Counted from the first letter of the stretch, positions 44,745 to 63,800 are shown. The stretch is 64,000 nucleotides of DNA from Eledone cirrhosa (GCA_964016885.1 OZ024754.1:27404001-27468000); one strand, 5' to 3'. Notes: generated from the sequence alone by a model not told the origin. A program made the numbers and translations.

Positions 44745-45343
44745 CTCTTTATATCCCCCCCCTCTCTCTCTCTCTCTCCCTCTCTATCCATCCATCCCAC
44801 TATGATCAATTTAATTCTCTTTAACTCACTACATTCCACGACATGAAGTCTGCTATCAAAACTTACCAAGGAATCCTTCCACCTCTACCCCTCTCTCCAT
44901 CTCAGTTTGTCATTCTACTTCCTACCTCTTCCCCCTTCCTCTCACTCTATACTATTCCGTCTGTCCCCTCACCTCCTGATTCCTCTCTCTATATACTAGT
45001 AAATACAATTCCAAATAAATGTTTTTCTCTATATATTAAAAAATGATTTCAAGAGTAACTTACTATTTTGAAAATTTGGACTGTGAACAACAATTATAAT
45101 TGAGTGGCTGCTATTTGCAGTATAGCAATATAAGGTTGCACTTACCAATGAAACGGTCGTAAATACCTGGATAAAATCCTTCTCTTAATGCTTACCTGTG
45201 TTTTCTCTTTTATACTTTATACTCCAAGATTGAACGGAATTCTTACAAACTTGTGGAGTTACCCCTAATCGTACGTTGAAACCATCCATGAAACTGGCTT
45301 TCTTAACCAAAAACTGGATCACAATAAGCAATTTGTTGCTTCT

Positions 45344-45348
<5 letters not shown>
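44070..45348 (+). mobile_element. 3' fragment of another Naiad-type PLE (GIY-YIG domain + 3' UTR)
   Basis: ORF 44078-44461: NLVYQC..YYIGETGNTFKARW..W..CRLCDLE..LLNN..C.H. The UTR contains a variant HHR and ends at (TA)n. Confidence 0.85.
45064..45165 (+). ncRNA. Variant hammerhead with long stem II
   Basis: tatt-TTGAAAA-tttgg...ccaat-GAAA-cggtcg-TA-aata. Core deviates from CUGANGA. Confidence 0.5.
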
Positions 45349-45390
<42 letters not shown>

Positions 45391-45401
45391 TTATAATTAA
45401 C

Positions 45402-45666
<265 letters not shown>

Positions 45667-45712
45667 GTTAATTATAACTTATATATATATATATATATAA
45701 GTTATAATTAAC

Positions 45713-46204
<492 letters not shown>

Positions 46205-46431
46205 ATGTATATATATATATATACACACACACACATATATATATATACACAAGCACACATACAGACTCACATACACATACACACGCATGCATACACACAG
46301 ACAGCCACTCATACATATATGTGATATATATATATCACGGTCTCCCAAAATATATTTTAAATTTACGTAAATACTTAAAAACAAAACCATGAGTATCGGT
46401 GAATAATTGTAGTGTTTGTGAGTGTATGTAT

Positions 46432-46568
<137 letters not shown>

Positions 46569-48585
46569 GGGGGGGGGGGGCGTGAGTGTATGTGAGTATT
46601 TCTTTTATTTTTGAACCACATACTTTGGTGAAATTAAGCAAACAAAAAGAAAGAAATTGTTTTGTTTTTGTTGATGAATCAAGTGAATACATCCACTCCT
46701 GATATAATCAGCACGTTTCGTGGTTTTTCAGACACCGTAGATTATTTACAGTCGATAAACGGGCGTGATCTTTCAAATCTTATGTACTATTCAAGTAGAA
46801 ATGATAAAGTGTTACAAGGTTGAATACCTCGAAATAGATCGAATACCAGGGAAAAAAATAATAGTAAATACTACAAATAGAAAAGCAGTTTCTAGAAAAC
46901 GTGTTTGTATTCAGAATTTATAAAAGAGCATTAATTTAAAGAAGTTAACTTTCTAATAGTTATATGGTTTTACGAAAGATCCTCCCATGCTATTGTGGTG
47001 TTTCGTTTAGATATTTAACTCTTAACAACCCATTTGAAAACCCACTACAATTATATTCATGAAAAGTTCAAAACAATACTATAACGATATCATATTAAAA
47101 ATTGAAGACCTGGGCGTAATACATCAAATTTACACAACAATCTCTGCAGTAATAAATCTATTATAATATTTGAATTTAAAAAGAATCACATAAAATCGCA
47201 TAAGCAAGATATACTTGTACAAATCAGCAATATGACTATACATCATTAAGAATAGAAACCTTTAGTCTAATACGGCTAATTCTCCTCACGATTTGTTCAG
47301 TAATACGGATACTAGACCTATTTGAATTAACGAACCTGTTTTAAATATATATTGCTTAATCACTACAGGATATTAAATGTTAAACATACTTTAGCCATTT
47401 TGAAACCAAACCACTTGAAATGGCCTCTGGTTCTACGACACATAGCTATTAATTTCAAAGTGTATATATATTTCCATTATAGTTATTGATTATTTTTGAC
47501 GCGATTTGAAAATAATAAGCAATGTCTTTCATTAGAAATGTATTAATAAATGGTCTAAATGTTTTTATGTTCCTTTTTCAAGAGAGGGGTGGTTAAGGTT
47601 CATGATCCTTGATGCTATACTTATAATGGGAAGACTGATTTAGTAAGGGTTGAGCTGGAATAGCTGTAATTTAAGTCTTCCAGGAAGTGAATGTGCGTCG
47701 TCAATAATGTGATTTCAATTCTATGTGGGAAAATGTGCAGTAAGAATGAAAGAAAGATCAGAGAAGTCTTGATTCAAGTGATATTGCATAAAAGCTGAAT
47801 ACATCTATTATAAAATAGAGTATGGGAAAGAGAAAAAAAGCATGAAAGCCATACATAGCAATAAGGAATTAGAAATCAAAGATTGGGCCTGAATTTAACG
47901 CCGGTGTAAAACTGTTAAACTGGGAGATAGACACACTGAATGTTGAGTTGGATTACCTATGGTTTAAAGATTCCATGGAACAAATGAGCGTGGTGAACGT
48001 TCAAGGTGGCTACACATTCAAGATGGAAAATAAGGCGTAGTTGTTTCACAGAAGAATGAACAGAGGACGCTGAGACACGTTGAGCTTCAAGAGATCCCGC
48101 CTAGAAACCGAATGCAGCTAGCTTTGTCAAGCGTTAAGAGACAGAGTCAGAGAAAACAAAAATACGAAAGACATTGATCAACTATGAATTAGTTAGTAAT
48201 CACAGATTGGGCGTCATTTTGTTCGGTGATATTTTAGTGATGTGATTAAATGTTCTCAGAAGTGGAAAAATATCCAATTATATAAACACAACTTAACTAA
48301 AAACGCAGACGTACGAAAGAGTCGAAAATGCAAGGCATGTGATGATAATCAGTTAGTGTAGTTAGAAGTCAATATTAGAGCTAGTTCTTTCAAACAAAAT
48401 AAGTATAGTAAATATTGCTAGGTGATCGTACTTGATAAGTCAGATGAGATACAATATTATGAATGCAAAAGAAGATAAAATACAGATTGGAATATATATA
48501 TATATATATATATATTTATCAGATGTTAAACAGTTTTCAAGTAAATGTCATAATAGATGTAGGTATATATATATAGATATATATG

Positions 48586-48662
<77 letters not shown>

Positions 48663-49563
48663 TCGATTATGAACAGCTTAGTAATCTATAAATATACATG
48701 GTATAAGCAGAATTTGGGGCAGAGATGCAGAGTGCAGAGATCAATAATTGATTTCGATATTATCTCTGTTCTCATCAATTCTGTGCTGGATTTCCGTGTT
48801 AAGAGAGAGACAGGGCTGTCAGCTGATCGCCATCTAGAATAAAAGAAAGTACCAGTAATGTACTGCGTTCGATTTAATTGAATTTACTCTCCCACAAAAT
48901 TGTTGTTCTTGTGACTAAACCAGAAACCATTATTATTGAAGAAATCACGCCATGCTTTCTAGTATAGAGTTACGTCCCTTTATGATCTGAGTTCAAATCC
49001 CGCCGAGGTTAACTTTGCCTTTCATCCTTACGGGGGTCGATAAAATAAAGTACCAGTAATGTGCTGGGTAATTGCTGGCCTTGTGCCGAAAGTAGAAACA
49101 ATTATTAATGAAGAAATACCAACGAAACTAAAATTATTTATATATTTTCAAGAGTGTAAATCAATTTATACGAATTTCTATTCTAAAACATCTGATTATG
49201 ATTTCTCATGCAATGGAATCCAGAGACGAAAAGTCTAAAATGTTGTAAATATATCACATATATATAAATATATATATATATAGTTATGTAATAAACAACA
49301 TAAGGCAATTATTCCATTTACCAGTGGTAAATATTACTTCACATATATATATATATATATATATTTATAATATAAGATCAAAAAATGGTTAAAGGAGTTC
49401 CATATATTTTATTATGCGCATTTCAAAAACAAACATCATCATGCAATAATATAGGAGAACATGATATGAAGGCTAAAAAACACTTGTGGATAGTGCAGTT
49501 TTAAATCAACATATGAAAAGTGGTTTTAGATTGATATATTTATATATTTATATATATATATAT

Positions 49564-49670
<107 letters not shown>

Positions 49671-50227
49671 GAGAGAGAGAGAGAAAGAGAGAAAGAGAGA
49701 TAGATAGATACACACACATATACACTTACTTATATTTATATATATGTGTGTGTGTTAACATATACGTTTATGCATACACACCCTCACACAGACAAATATA
49801 AATACACACACACATATATATATGTCAATAATTGTATGATCTTGAATTACGGGGGTTTGATTACACTTTTGTCCTCGGCCCCATCACCCCTATATAATAC
49901 CTGAAATTTGAATGTCAAACGAATAAAATATATATTTTTAAGACATTCATTACGTATCATAAATATAATAATAATCTGGTAAAGCTTACGGCTATGTTAT
50001 ATTTTGTAAATATGATATTATTTTGTATTCATTATCATTTATTGGATTGGCAGTATCGATAGGCGGTCAGACGCCATGCTTTGCAGCATAGAGTTATGTC
50101 CCTTTATGGAGTTCAAATCCCGCCGAGGTTAACTTTGCCTTTCAGTCTTACGGGGTCGATAAAATAAAGTACCTGTAATGTACTGGGTATTTGCTGCCTT
50201 GTGCCAAAGGTAGAAACAATTATCATT

Positions 50228-51265
50228 AATAATAATAATAATAATGATTTCTTTATTGGCCACAAGGGCTGACATCAAGAAAAACATTACAGACGACACA
50301 GGACGGTACGATGTGGGTTTTGTGCGTGTAAAGATTTTTATTATTTATATAAGAAAAAAAGAAAGAAAAAGACATAGAAACATATATATATATATAAACA
50401 ATAAAAATTAAAATTGAAACAATTAAAAATTCCCCAATAGGGAGGAAACCTCCGAGGGTTACTCGTGGCGAAAACCACACAAAATACCATGGCAACCCTG
50501 ACCACCAGGGCAAGCGCCCTCTCTCTAATTTTCCATTTCTCAAACTACAGTGAAATTTGAAAAAGTTAATTAGGGATTCGCCGAAGAGGAAAGGGTCCGT
50601 CTTCAATCCTTTCAACCTTGTCCACCATACGATCTCTTTCTCCATGGCCATTAGGCAGATGAAAACTGCCTGCCTTCCTCCTCCTTAAAGGAGGATTGTG
50701 GAGCTATCTGTACAATGGACTCAGTCGATAACCGGATCTATTCTACACGTGACAGCAACTGTTCGACATAGCTCCACAAGTCTCGGGCACTGAACGAGTG
50801 TGTGCACAACGGTTTCGTCGGCCTGTGCGCAACTCCGACATGTGCAGCTGACGGTACTTTCGTGCCTGTAGAGCTTATCTCTAACCGTCAACGCTCCCCA
50901 GTAGCACTGCCAGGCTAGGGATTTCTGGAAGTTGTCCATAGGCCCCGGGCTGAAAGTTCTCTCGAAGAGAGCGAACAGCTGAACGTCTTCGATCTCCCCT
51001 TCCACTAGTACGCTATAGAACGCCACTGTGCATTGCAGCGATCCAACTTCTGAAGGCCGGGCTGAAGCCAGCTGCCTTGAGGACAGCCTCCATGTACCGA
51101 TGGTCGGCCCTATCGAATGCTTTCGATTGATCTAAATTGAAGCCAGGTATACACCCTAATCTCTCTATGATGTATCACATGAGGTGGAGGTTGTCGTGTA
51201 TGGACCTGTCGTGTATGCTCCAAGTTTGCGCCTCCCTAACCAAATCCTCGACGACAAGCGATTAA
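50228..51265 (-). mobile_element. Tx1/L1-type LINE 3' fragment, internally deleted
   Basis: zf-RVT-like WQCYWGAL..C..C..ETVVH...CP in ORF 50721-51026, an RSIHDNLHLM-like RT piece near 51170-51210, and an aataaa + (tat)n tail at 50228-50256. Confidence 0.75.
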
Positions 51266-52118
51266 TAACGCTATATAGAGCTCTCATTTTATAGTCCCAT
51301 ACACAACCACTTTAAAAATGTTCAACTTTTATCAGTGCAATATGACAGAAGAAGTTCTGGCGACCATCTTGTTTCTTGTATTTTTTTTTCTATATTTCTA
51401 GAAATAGCGAGAATAAATCATTTTGTTTTTTTCAAAATTAGATTTTGTGGAATATGGCTTTTTTCTCTTTCGAAAATACTTTTTCTAAGTTTAAATAATT
51501 ATATTCCAAATTGAAAAAAAACAAAAACAAACAATAATTACCCAATCATATATTTACATGATATAGAATTGCGCAAAGTTAATAGATGTATGGGGTGATA
51601 GGATATATAAAATATGTCTGGATTGGTGACGTGGTGGCTGGAATATATAATAATGTAAAATTGTAATATTTCTCTTCAAATTTAGATAAAATTGCATGTC
51701 ATCAATTTTGAATACTTCCGAAGATTTCTCTTCGAATAAATTGAATTTTGAGAACCCCAAAATAGTCAACTTGATAGGTTAATGATGTTTTTCGTTAGCG
51801 AAAGATTATCTACAATTCCTATCACGTCAATTATTTTGGCGTATTTGGCGAGGTTATTAATTCTTTTTGATAAAATATCTGTATATTTGAAGATATATAG
51901 GCAAGACTAAGGTAAATATTGTATAACCTTTATAGTTTGAATCATTCAACGTTGGTGGATTAACAGAATGTTAAAAAATTATGACAAGTGCCTAGTGGTA
52001 TCATTCCGGTTCTTTACGTTCTGAGTTCCATTCACGTCGAGGTTAACTATGCATTTCATCCTTTCCGGGTCGAGTTTTAGAATTAATATATATATATATA
52101 TACACATTCTTACATGCA

Positions 52119-53148
52119 CACACGTGATAACTATAGATGCGATTAGCAGCCACATGGAGCAGCAACATATAATTTATCACTCCGGTCCTAGGGAGAACGA
52201 AATACCTGTTGATAAACTGAATCCTCCGTTCGATCACCAATACCATGAGCTTGCCATTCACGTAAGTCTGATATTTGATTTCGGATTCAAAAAAACACTT
52301 TAAACGATTGTTCGTTTGTTTTGTCCAGGTGTACTTTTCTCAACCTGATTAGTTCTATCGTTACTTTGGTATATATTGTGTGTTAGTTTCGCCTACCACA
52401 ATGTTAGATTTGTCAAGCTATTTAAACGTATGTTATTACTCTGAGGTCCTATCTTATCGAGTGCTTTGCTAACTCATCATTTCATATAAGTAGGCCGAAT
52501 TTACTTGCAAACCGCCAGAGATTCGATTTTACTGATTTCCAATTATAGATTTAATAATTAACTAATTAATTTAATTAGACAATTCTGTTGATTGGTTAAT
52601 TATTTGTGTTTGTTTTATAACATCTAGTTGAGAGCTTATCATGATGATTGGCGGAAACTAAAATATTTCCTTTCGCTAACATTTTGAATGACCCGCCTAA
52701 AACCGGGGGGTATTTCCCTTGCCGGAATTAACACGTGATAACTATAGATGCGATTAGCAGCCACACGGAGCAGCAACATATAATTTATCACTCCGGTCCT
52801 AGGCAGAACGAAATATCTGTTGATAAACTGAATCCTCCGTTCGATCACCATTACCATGAGCTTGGCATTCACGTAAGTCTGATATTTGATTTCGGATTCA
52901 AAGAAACACTTTAAACGATTGTTCGTTTGATTTGTCCAGGTGTACTTTTCTCAACCTGATTAGTTCTATCGTTACTTTGGTATATATTGTGTGTTAGTTT
53001 CGCCTACCACAATGTTAGATTTGTCAAGCTATTTAAACGTATGTTATTATTCTGAGGTCCTATCTTATCGAGTGCTTTGCTAACTCATATAAGTAGGCCG
53101 AATTTACTTGCAAACCGCCAGAGATTCGATTTTACTGATCTTCAATTA
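52119..53148. repeat. Direct repeat pair, ~420-bp units with a ~185-bp spacer
   Basis: 52119-52547 is near-identical to 52731-53148. Both outer ends lie close to TA tracts. Confidence 0.85.
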
Positions 53149-53173
53149 TATATATATACATATATAAAATTAT

Positions 53174-53239
<66 letters not shown>

Positions 53240-53681
53240 TAGTTTTTTCTTTCTAAAATTTTTTTCTTTCTAATTTATTGTTACATTTTTATAAATATAT
53301 CGAGATTGATACTTTCCTTTAATTATTACACTCCCTTACCTCTTTTACTTCCGCATCTAAGTGTACGTGTGTGTAGGCGTGTTTATGCGCGCGCCTTCAT
53401 ATTCATATACTTATGATGTATCTTTTCTGTCTGTAGATTACAGACATACAGATACATTTGCCCTAAATTTTAGATTTACACACACTTTTTCACTATACGT
53501 ATACATATGAGCATACACATATATGCACATCTGTGAGCGTATTTACATACATATACACACACCTAACTATATTTCTTGATAGATTTTTATATATTTCAAT
53601 CTCTATTCCATTTGTCTATTCAAAACCTGTTCCCAAACAGACCTATTGTATTGAATCTTTGTTCTTATCAATAAACAAGCA

Positions 53682-53822
53682 TCATTATTTCTGAAGACAG
53701 CATATATATGTGAAGGTATGTATATTCCCTCTGATAGTTTGTATAATATTGTACATAGATCTATAGAATATGCATACCAATTCTAACACATATATGTCCT
53801 AGAAACGATCGTAGAATAATGA
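53682..53822 (+). ncRNA. Hammerhead with ~104-nt stem II
   Basis: tcattattt-CTGAAGA-cagcatatatatgtg..ggtatgtatattc...gaatatgcatacc..cacatatatgtccta-GAAA-cgatcg-TA^-gaataatga. Confidence 0.8.
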
Positions 53823-54017
53823 ACTTTTTTTGTTTAATATAAGGAACTGTTTCTTTGTTTATTCATTATTTTTTTAATAATTTTATCTTGACTCTGTTTT
53901 CCGTTTATTTTTCACCGAAAGTAGTTTTTGAATGTATCTCTTCTTTTCATGATATCCGGATTACATTGAGTTCTTCATACGGATTGGACACTACCGTAAA
54001 CTTTTGGTAGATTTATC

Positions 54018-54071
<54 letters not shown>

Positions 54072-54190
54072 TTTTGCGAGGTTTTTTTATATGAAATCGT
54101 GTGTCGAAACAAATATTGTTATACTTGGGGAGGGTCATATTTGTGTAATACGGCCGTCAGCTTTATTAATATAGATATATATGTGTGTTA

Positions 54191-57170
<2,980 letters not shown>

Positions 57171-59171
57171 GTGGACTGACATGATGATGTGGACTGAAAT
57201 GATGATGTGGACTGACATGATGACGTGGACTGACATCCTAAAGCCAAGCAGACGCACTGCCAACAACTTCCAGGCGTCTAACAATGGCATACCACCCTTG
57301 TATGGGCTCCGCAAAGACCACAAGACAGTCGACGACCCGACAACATATTCAAGTTCAACGAGAAGATCTACACCCAAAATGAGGGGGCAGCCATTGGCGT
57401 CAGCATAGCTGGTGATGTTGCCAACCTTTTCATGGTATGGTGGGAAAGGAGACTTAAAATCTCCTTAATGAGAGCTCCATAGACCTCATCATGTACTCTC
57501 GTTACGTAGACGATATCAATATAGTTATAAGAACATCCCCACTAGAGAGCACTAACAAGTTTGATTTAGAACGTAGCACAATGGAAAGCATCCAGCAGAT
57601 AGCTAATTCCATATACCAGAGTATAACTGTAACTATCGATTTCCCTTCCAAACACCCTAACAATAGACTACCTGTATTAGACACGGAACTCTGGATTAAC
57701 ACTATAGACGAGAGAGCCCAAATTCTCCACTCACACTATGCTAAACCCATGGCCTCCAAATACCTGATACTCAAAAACTCAGCAATGTCCAGTAGTGCTA
57801 AGTTTAATATTCTGATCGCAGATTTGGTACGAGTGATGAAGGATGTGTCCCGCATGTGCGACCCAACAGAAATAGAAAGACACATCCAACACTTCATCAA
57901 CCGCATGCAGTTCTCTGGCTACGACCAAAGAGACAGAGTCAGAGTATACGAAGGAGCCATGGAGAAGTATAAGACCCTCATAGAACTGGACATGAAAGGA
58001 ATTTGCCCATTATACAGGAGCAAATCATGGAATAGCTTAGATAGGGCTAGACATAAGATAGGGAAAGCCACCTCATGGTACGACATCAAGAGATACCAGA
58101 GTGTCATGTTTGTGGACGCTACCCCTGGAGGGAAATTAGCTAACCAGTGTAGAAAGGCGCTGAGAAAGACCCACTTAAAGATTAAGGTGGTAGAAAAGCC
58201 AGGAACCACCATAAAATCCCTGATCAGCAAAACCTACCCTTTTAAGAAAACCCACTGTACTAATAGGAAATGTATCATATGTAAGGTAAACCCCCGGATA
58301 AACTGTAAAACTAGAAACGTAGTCTATAGCATAAGATGTACAGACGGTATTTGCAGAAACATGACAACAACATACATAGGCGAGACAGCTCGTAGCATAG
58401 ATGAAAGGATAGACCAACACTGGGGGAAGTAAAAGGACGAAAAAACGGGTCAGTACTATACGAACATGCCTGACAACAACACGACGGTAACATAGACAAC
58501 ATAGAAATTAGAATAATATCTAAACATAGAAATAACCCAGCAGATAGGCAAATCAGAGAGGCCAGTGAAATAGAACATAGAAGGCCAAGACTAATCAGAA
58601 AGAATTAATGGAATAACAACAACACCCAAACAAACAACACTGACCTAAGAGAAGTATAAATAAATAAATAAATAGATAAATAAATAAATAAATACATACA
58701 CAAGCACAATAACAACAAACACATATAAACACACACTAGTAAAGATAGAATACATTAACCGATACACAGTCACCCAATCACGAACACACATCAAACAAAA
58801 CACTATACACACACGCAAACGCATACTCAAAGAAGACAAAATAAAATAAACAAACAAACAAATAAATAAATAAATATATAGACAGACTAAATAAAAATGG
58901 CGTAGACATACAATGTAATGGGAGGAAACAATAGCACCACTGACGATGTTGCAGATGTGCAACGAAAGAACTTTGATAAACTATATATATGCGTTTATGT
59001 CTATATTGTATCTGTATTATTTTTGACCGTCGGTCAGTCAATGGCAACATTGAGGACCGAATAAATTAGATTACCGATATAAAAGACACAGAAGTGAAAA
59101 GCGAAAACCAACCAAACAGTGAGTGTGTTCTGTTATTAATTCTGGCAATATAACACAAATATGACCCTCCC

Positions 59172-59175
<4 letters not shown>
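57171..59175 (+). mobile_element. Inverted partner copy of the same PLE, internally deleted
   Basis: Near-identical reverse complement of 54307-56116 plus a short upstream piece. ORF 57491-58432 carries YVDD through YIGETAR. Ends at atgaccctccccaa followed by (TA)n. Confidence 0.9.
58931..58984 (+). ncRNA. Hammerhead-like motif in PLE 3' UTR (mirror copy 54494-54547, minus strand)
   Basis: CTGACGA-t-gttgca(gatg)tgcaac-GAAA-g(aa)c-TT. Stem I is weak. Confidence 0.6.
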
Positions 59176-59216
<41 letters not shown>

Positions 59217-59248
59217 ATTTGAATGGATACAGTTTAGTTGAAAGGAAT

Positions 59249-59369
59249 TTATTGACACGTGTTTCTATAACAGTTACATAACCTGAAAACAGCTGCTATC
59301 TACAAAGTTTTAGTTATGCAGACATTCAATATTTCAATGTTATTATTTACTGTCATTTCATCAGAATAA
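59249..59369 (-). ncRNA. Hammerhead with ~90-nt stem II
   Basis: Minus strand: ttatt-CTGATGA-aatgacagt...actgttata-GAAA-cacgtg-TC^-aataa. Confidence 0.82.
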
Positions 59370-59749
59370 TATTACTGAGGACCTATTTGGTTTTTATAGA
59401 GAATATTAGGAAGGAGGGGTGAAGTTGTTAGAAGAATAGTTGAGGGAGTGGTTTTTTGATAGCAGTGAGAATTTTTGGTGGCAGTGATTAATTAGATTCC
59501 CATCTGTTGTTTTGACATTTTTATAGAATATATTATTGGTTATTTTTCTAAATCTATAGAAGGATTAGAGATAGTAAAGATATGCGTGGTTGGTTTTGTG
59601 TTTGCACTTAATTAACATTCAGACTTAAATTTTTCTTTCAAGTGTACGTATCCTTTCACCCACACATTCACACACAAATATATTTGCACACCTCTACAAA
59701 ATACATATACTCACATTCACATATTCATACTTACATACATATACACATG

Positions 59750-59873
<124 letters not shown>

Positions 59874-59897
59874 TATATATACTAACACACATATATA

Positions 59898-60806
59898 TCT
59901 ATATTAATAAAGCTGACGGCCGTATGTATGTAACAAACTTTTCGCGAAACGGCTGGAGCAAACGGCACCAAATTTGCACCATAGATGTAACTTTTTCCAA
60001 ATAAGAAAGTGAGGGTATTTTTTCTACTAAATTTCGTTAAAAGATTAAAGATATTTTATTGTTTATTTAAATATTCACTTCTTTAAAATTTTCAAATGTC
60101 AACACTTCCGGTTAGCGATCTCTCTTTTTCTTAGTCTGTCTTTTTAGATAGATACATAGTTATAACGTCGCGCCCTTATAATATGCCTCTGTATGTCTGG
60201 CTGTCTGCATTATGAAAACCATTATGTACATTGACTTCGCTTTCTCTGTGTGTGTATATATGTATATATAGTGTGTGTATATATATATATAGTTTGTATA
60301 TATATATAGTGTTAGTATCATACATAAGAGTCAGTTTAATTTGTACATTTTATTACAGCATTCCTTTATACGTATATATTCATACATAAACATGTTATTT
60401 ACAGTTGTATAAAAAAGAAGTATAATTGTTTCTACTTTTGGCACAAGGCCAGCAATTATTCCCGTACAATACTGGCACTTTATAATATATAATATATATA
60501 ATACGACATTCCTCTCTCTTTCTTACTCTGTCTTTTTAGATAGATACATAGCTATAACGTCGCGCCTTTTTAATATATGTCTGTATGTCTGTCTGTCTGC
60601 ATTGACTTCGCTTCTAACCAACTTTTAATTAATTATATATATATAATTATATATTCGTGTACATATTTTCAACAATAATACTATACTACACAGACGGCTT
60701 ATAGTCTGTTTATCCAAGCGAAGCTAGGTACGTCAGCTATATATATCTATCTGGATGCCGTAGAACAACACGCCAATGGTAGACGAGTGCCAGCCGGACG
60801 GGTCAG

Positions 60807-60810
<4 letters not shown>
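59898..60810 (+). mobile_element. Non-autonomous Helitron-like element with a nested SINE piece
   Basis: Starts tctatattaataaagctgacggc and has an internal duplication (60120-60241 vs 60510-60613). Two hairpin + cagctat ends at 60740 and 60810. Confidence 0.65.
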
Positions 60811-60854
<44 letters not shown>

Positions 60855-60855
<1 letters not shown>

Positions 60856-63800
60856 GAAAATTATAAAAAAAACTACGCAGGATAATTTGAACCATATCAA
60901 TAGTGAGGGTCTTAAGATAGTCTCGGATCTTGGCCTAGATAAGTATACCCAGCCATATTACCCTAGAGAACCGAGATTCACTCTTAAGGATCATAAGGTA
61001 GACTTCATTAGTAATCCCTCTGTTAGACTCATCTGTCCTTCTAAGTCTGATATAGCCATAATTAGTAAAAAAAATCCTTGACCTTATTATACCAGATGTT
61101 AGGGAGAAGGTTAATTTTCACCTATGGGGGAACACTAAGGAGGTTATAGATTGGTTCTCTGGCATTAATAAACTTGAATCTAGTAAGTTTATCCAGTTCG
61201 ATATTGATGCCTATTACACATCGATTTCACCCATCCTCCTTAATGTTGGCTATGAGAGTGTCCAGCCTTACACGATCACAGGTAGATATTATACTAGCAG
61301 CCCGTAGAACTATCATTAATTTTGAGGATACCTTTTGGACCCGTAAAAACACGCCCAATAATTTCGACGTTACAATGGGTTCGAGTGATTCGGCCCAGGT
61401 AACTGATCTTGTTGGGTTGTTCCTCCTAAATGAACTATATGTTACCTTTCTGCACCTTAAAGGCGGACTTTATCGTGACGATGCATTGTTTGTGATTAAC
61501 TCTAGCACCAACAACGTCGAACATAATAAGAAGAAGCTTTATAAGTTTTTTAAAAGCTATAACCTTTCGATCACGATAGATAGAAACGATAGAGCGGTCA
61601 ACTTTTTAGATGTGACTTTGGACTTGGTCACTAATAGTTTTAAACCCTTCCATAAGCCTAATGAAATACTCTCTTATGTTAGTCCTAATTCTAACCACCC
61701 CAAATCTATGATACGCTCTATAATTAATGGTGTATCTAATAGGATTTCCACACTCTCTAAGGACGTAGGTACATTTAATGCACATGCAGAGTACTATAAT
61801 AATGCCCTAGCTAACTCAGGTTACTCTGGTAAAATACATTATAATAATAGTAACCTTAGAAAGTCTCCGCTTACTTATAATAACATAATATCCCATAATA
61901 TGGCCATGAATGGGAGTAGAAAGCATAAGAATCGTAGAAATCACATAGGTGTATCTGAACCCATCCATGGGTTAAGCCACCGGACTCGTAGCAGGGAATC
62001 TAATACTTCTAGGAATCAAGTCGAGCCCTCTGAGCGCTCACCCATTGGTAATACTTTTGATATACCTAATTCTAATAATGTTGTTTCTACTGATCCTATT
62101 ATTGGCCCTAATCCTTTTGATATGATTCCAGATGGCAGCAGATATACTAGAGGTAGAAACAGAAAGAGACTTAATCGAGTTTCGGCTGATTCTAGTAATG
62201 TGGTTTTAACTAATCCTTGTAGTAACCCAAATCTTAATAATGGGATATTAGATAACGGTAGAGTTAGTAAGGATAAAAATAGAAAGAGACTAAATACTTA
62301 TTTTAACACGCCATATAATCAGGAAGTATTAACTAACATCCCTAGGTCTTTCTTTTCTATCTTAGAGAAAAACTTCCCTCCTACTAATAAATACCATAGT
62401 ATTTTTAATAAAAATGTAATTAAACTTTCATTCTCTACCACCCCTAATATTAGTTCTCATTTAGCTAGCACTAACAATGGGAAAATTAGGGATGGATACT
62501 CCTCTCTACGTACTACTAGTCTGAATAGATCCGTAAATGCCTTACCACCAGAGCAGACTTTATCTCATAGTAATCCTACGTGCGATGTATCACTACTTCA
62601 GCCGATCAATAACACCCGGAAGTGTAACTGTAGAGTGAGTGCTAACTGCCCTTTAAACGGTAACTGCCTCTCTAAGAACATCGTTTATGCTTGTGTGGTT
62701 AAAACTAATTCTTTTAATAGCACATATATAGGCTCTACATCTAATACTTTTAAGACTAGGTTTAATTCTTATATCTCTAATTTTAAGCATGTTAAGTTTA
62801 AGAATTCTACTTCTTTAGCACACCATATCTGGGATCTTAAGGGGGCTAATATACCATATAGCCTTAGTTGGCGTATAGTAGCACGCTCTAATAACCTTTC
62901 AACACATACTAAATTTTGCAATCTCTGTATCCTTGAGACCCACTCTATAATTTTCTCTAGGGAAACCTTACTTAATAGAAAGTCTGAGATATTCTCTTCT
63001 TGCCCCCACGCCATTTCAAATTCTTACTTTTATTATAAACCTAAAGGTTCTAGTAGTGTAAATTGTATCCATTAGCTGCTACATTCCCTTATCTTTTTAG
63101 TTAAGGTTTATTATGTTTACCACCATCATTATTATCATTTTTATCATTGGCTTTTGACAGCTTTTCATTATAGCTTTCATAATCTTTTGGCTACCATACC
63201 ATTTCTATCTTCTTAAATATTATATTTTCACTATTAACACCTTACGAGTTTATATCTGATTATATATTTTATTTTATTTTATATTATTCTATTTTATTTA
63301 ATTTGGATTCTTCTTTGGATAACTACCCCCCCCCCCACACACACACACATGTCACTCGCCCCTTCAAATATACTATAATTATATTCAATTCCCTTTTACG
63401 CTCCTTTCTATTGTATAATACAGTATGTTGATTATGATTTTATGCTCTTTCGTATCCTCCATACATTTCTTTTTTCTGTCCCCATTGGCCTACCATAACT
63501 CTATTTAAAGTCTGTTTATTAGATAACGTTATTCAACTGATAGTTGAATATTTCATTTTTTCCAGATTCATTTTTTTCCAGATATATTTTTATAGTGATA
63601 TCTTTAAATTCGGGGATTTTGATTACTTAAACCATAGCTAATTTTGTATGGACTTATTATGTATTTTAAGTACTTTCAATATTAATTAATTTAATAGGGT
63701 TTTCTTGTCATTTATCCGGGTTTGTTTCCTAAATGTTTTACTTAACTGCATGTGGCACCTAAGTAAATACTTTTGTTTTTGTTTTTCGATTTCCGGTTGA

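Noticed and set aside
47560-48260. Degraded CR1/Jockey-like LINE on the minus strand (also 38490-38880)
   Set aside because: Only faint resemblance with many stops. Cannot be supported without a profile search.
58471-58473. TGA shared by both arms of the inverted PLE as recoding
   Set aside because: The arms probably come from one template and also share a TAA stop. CGA>TGA decay is the simpler explanation.
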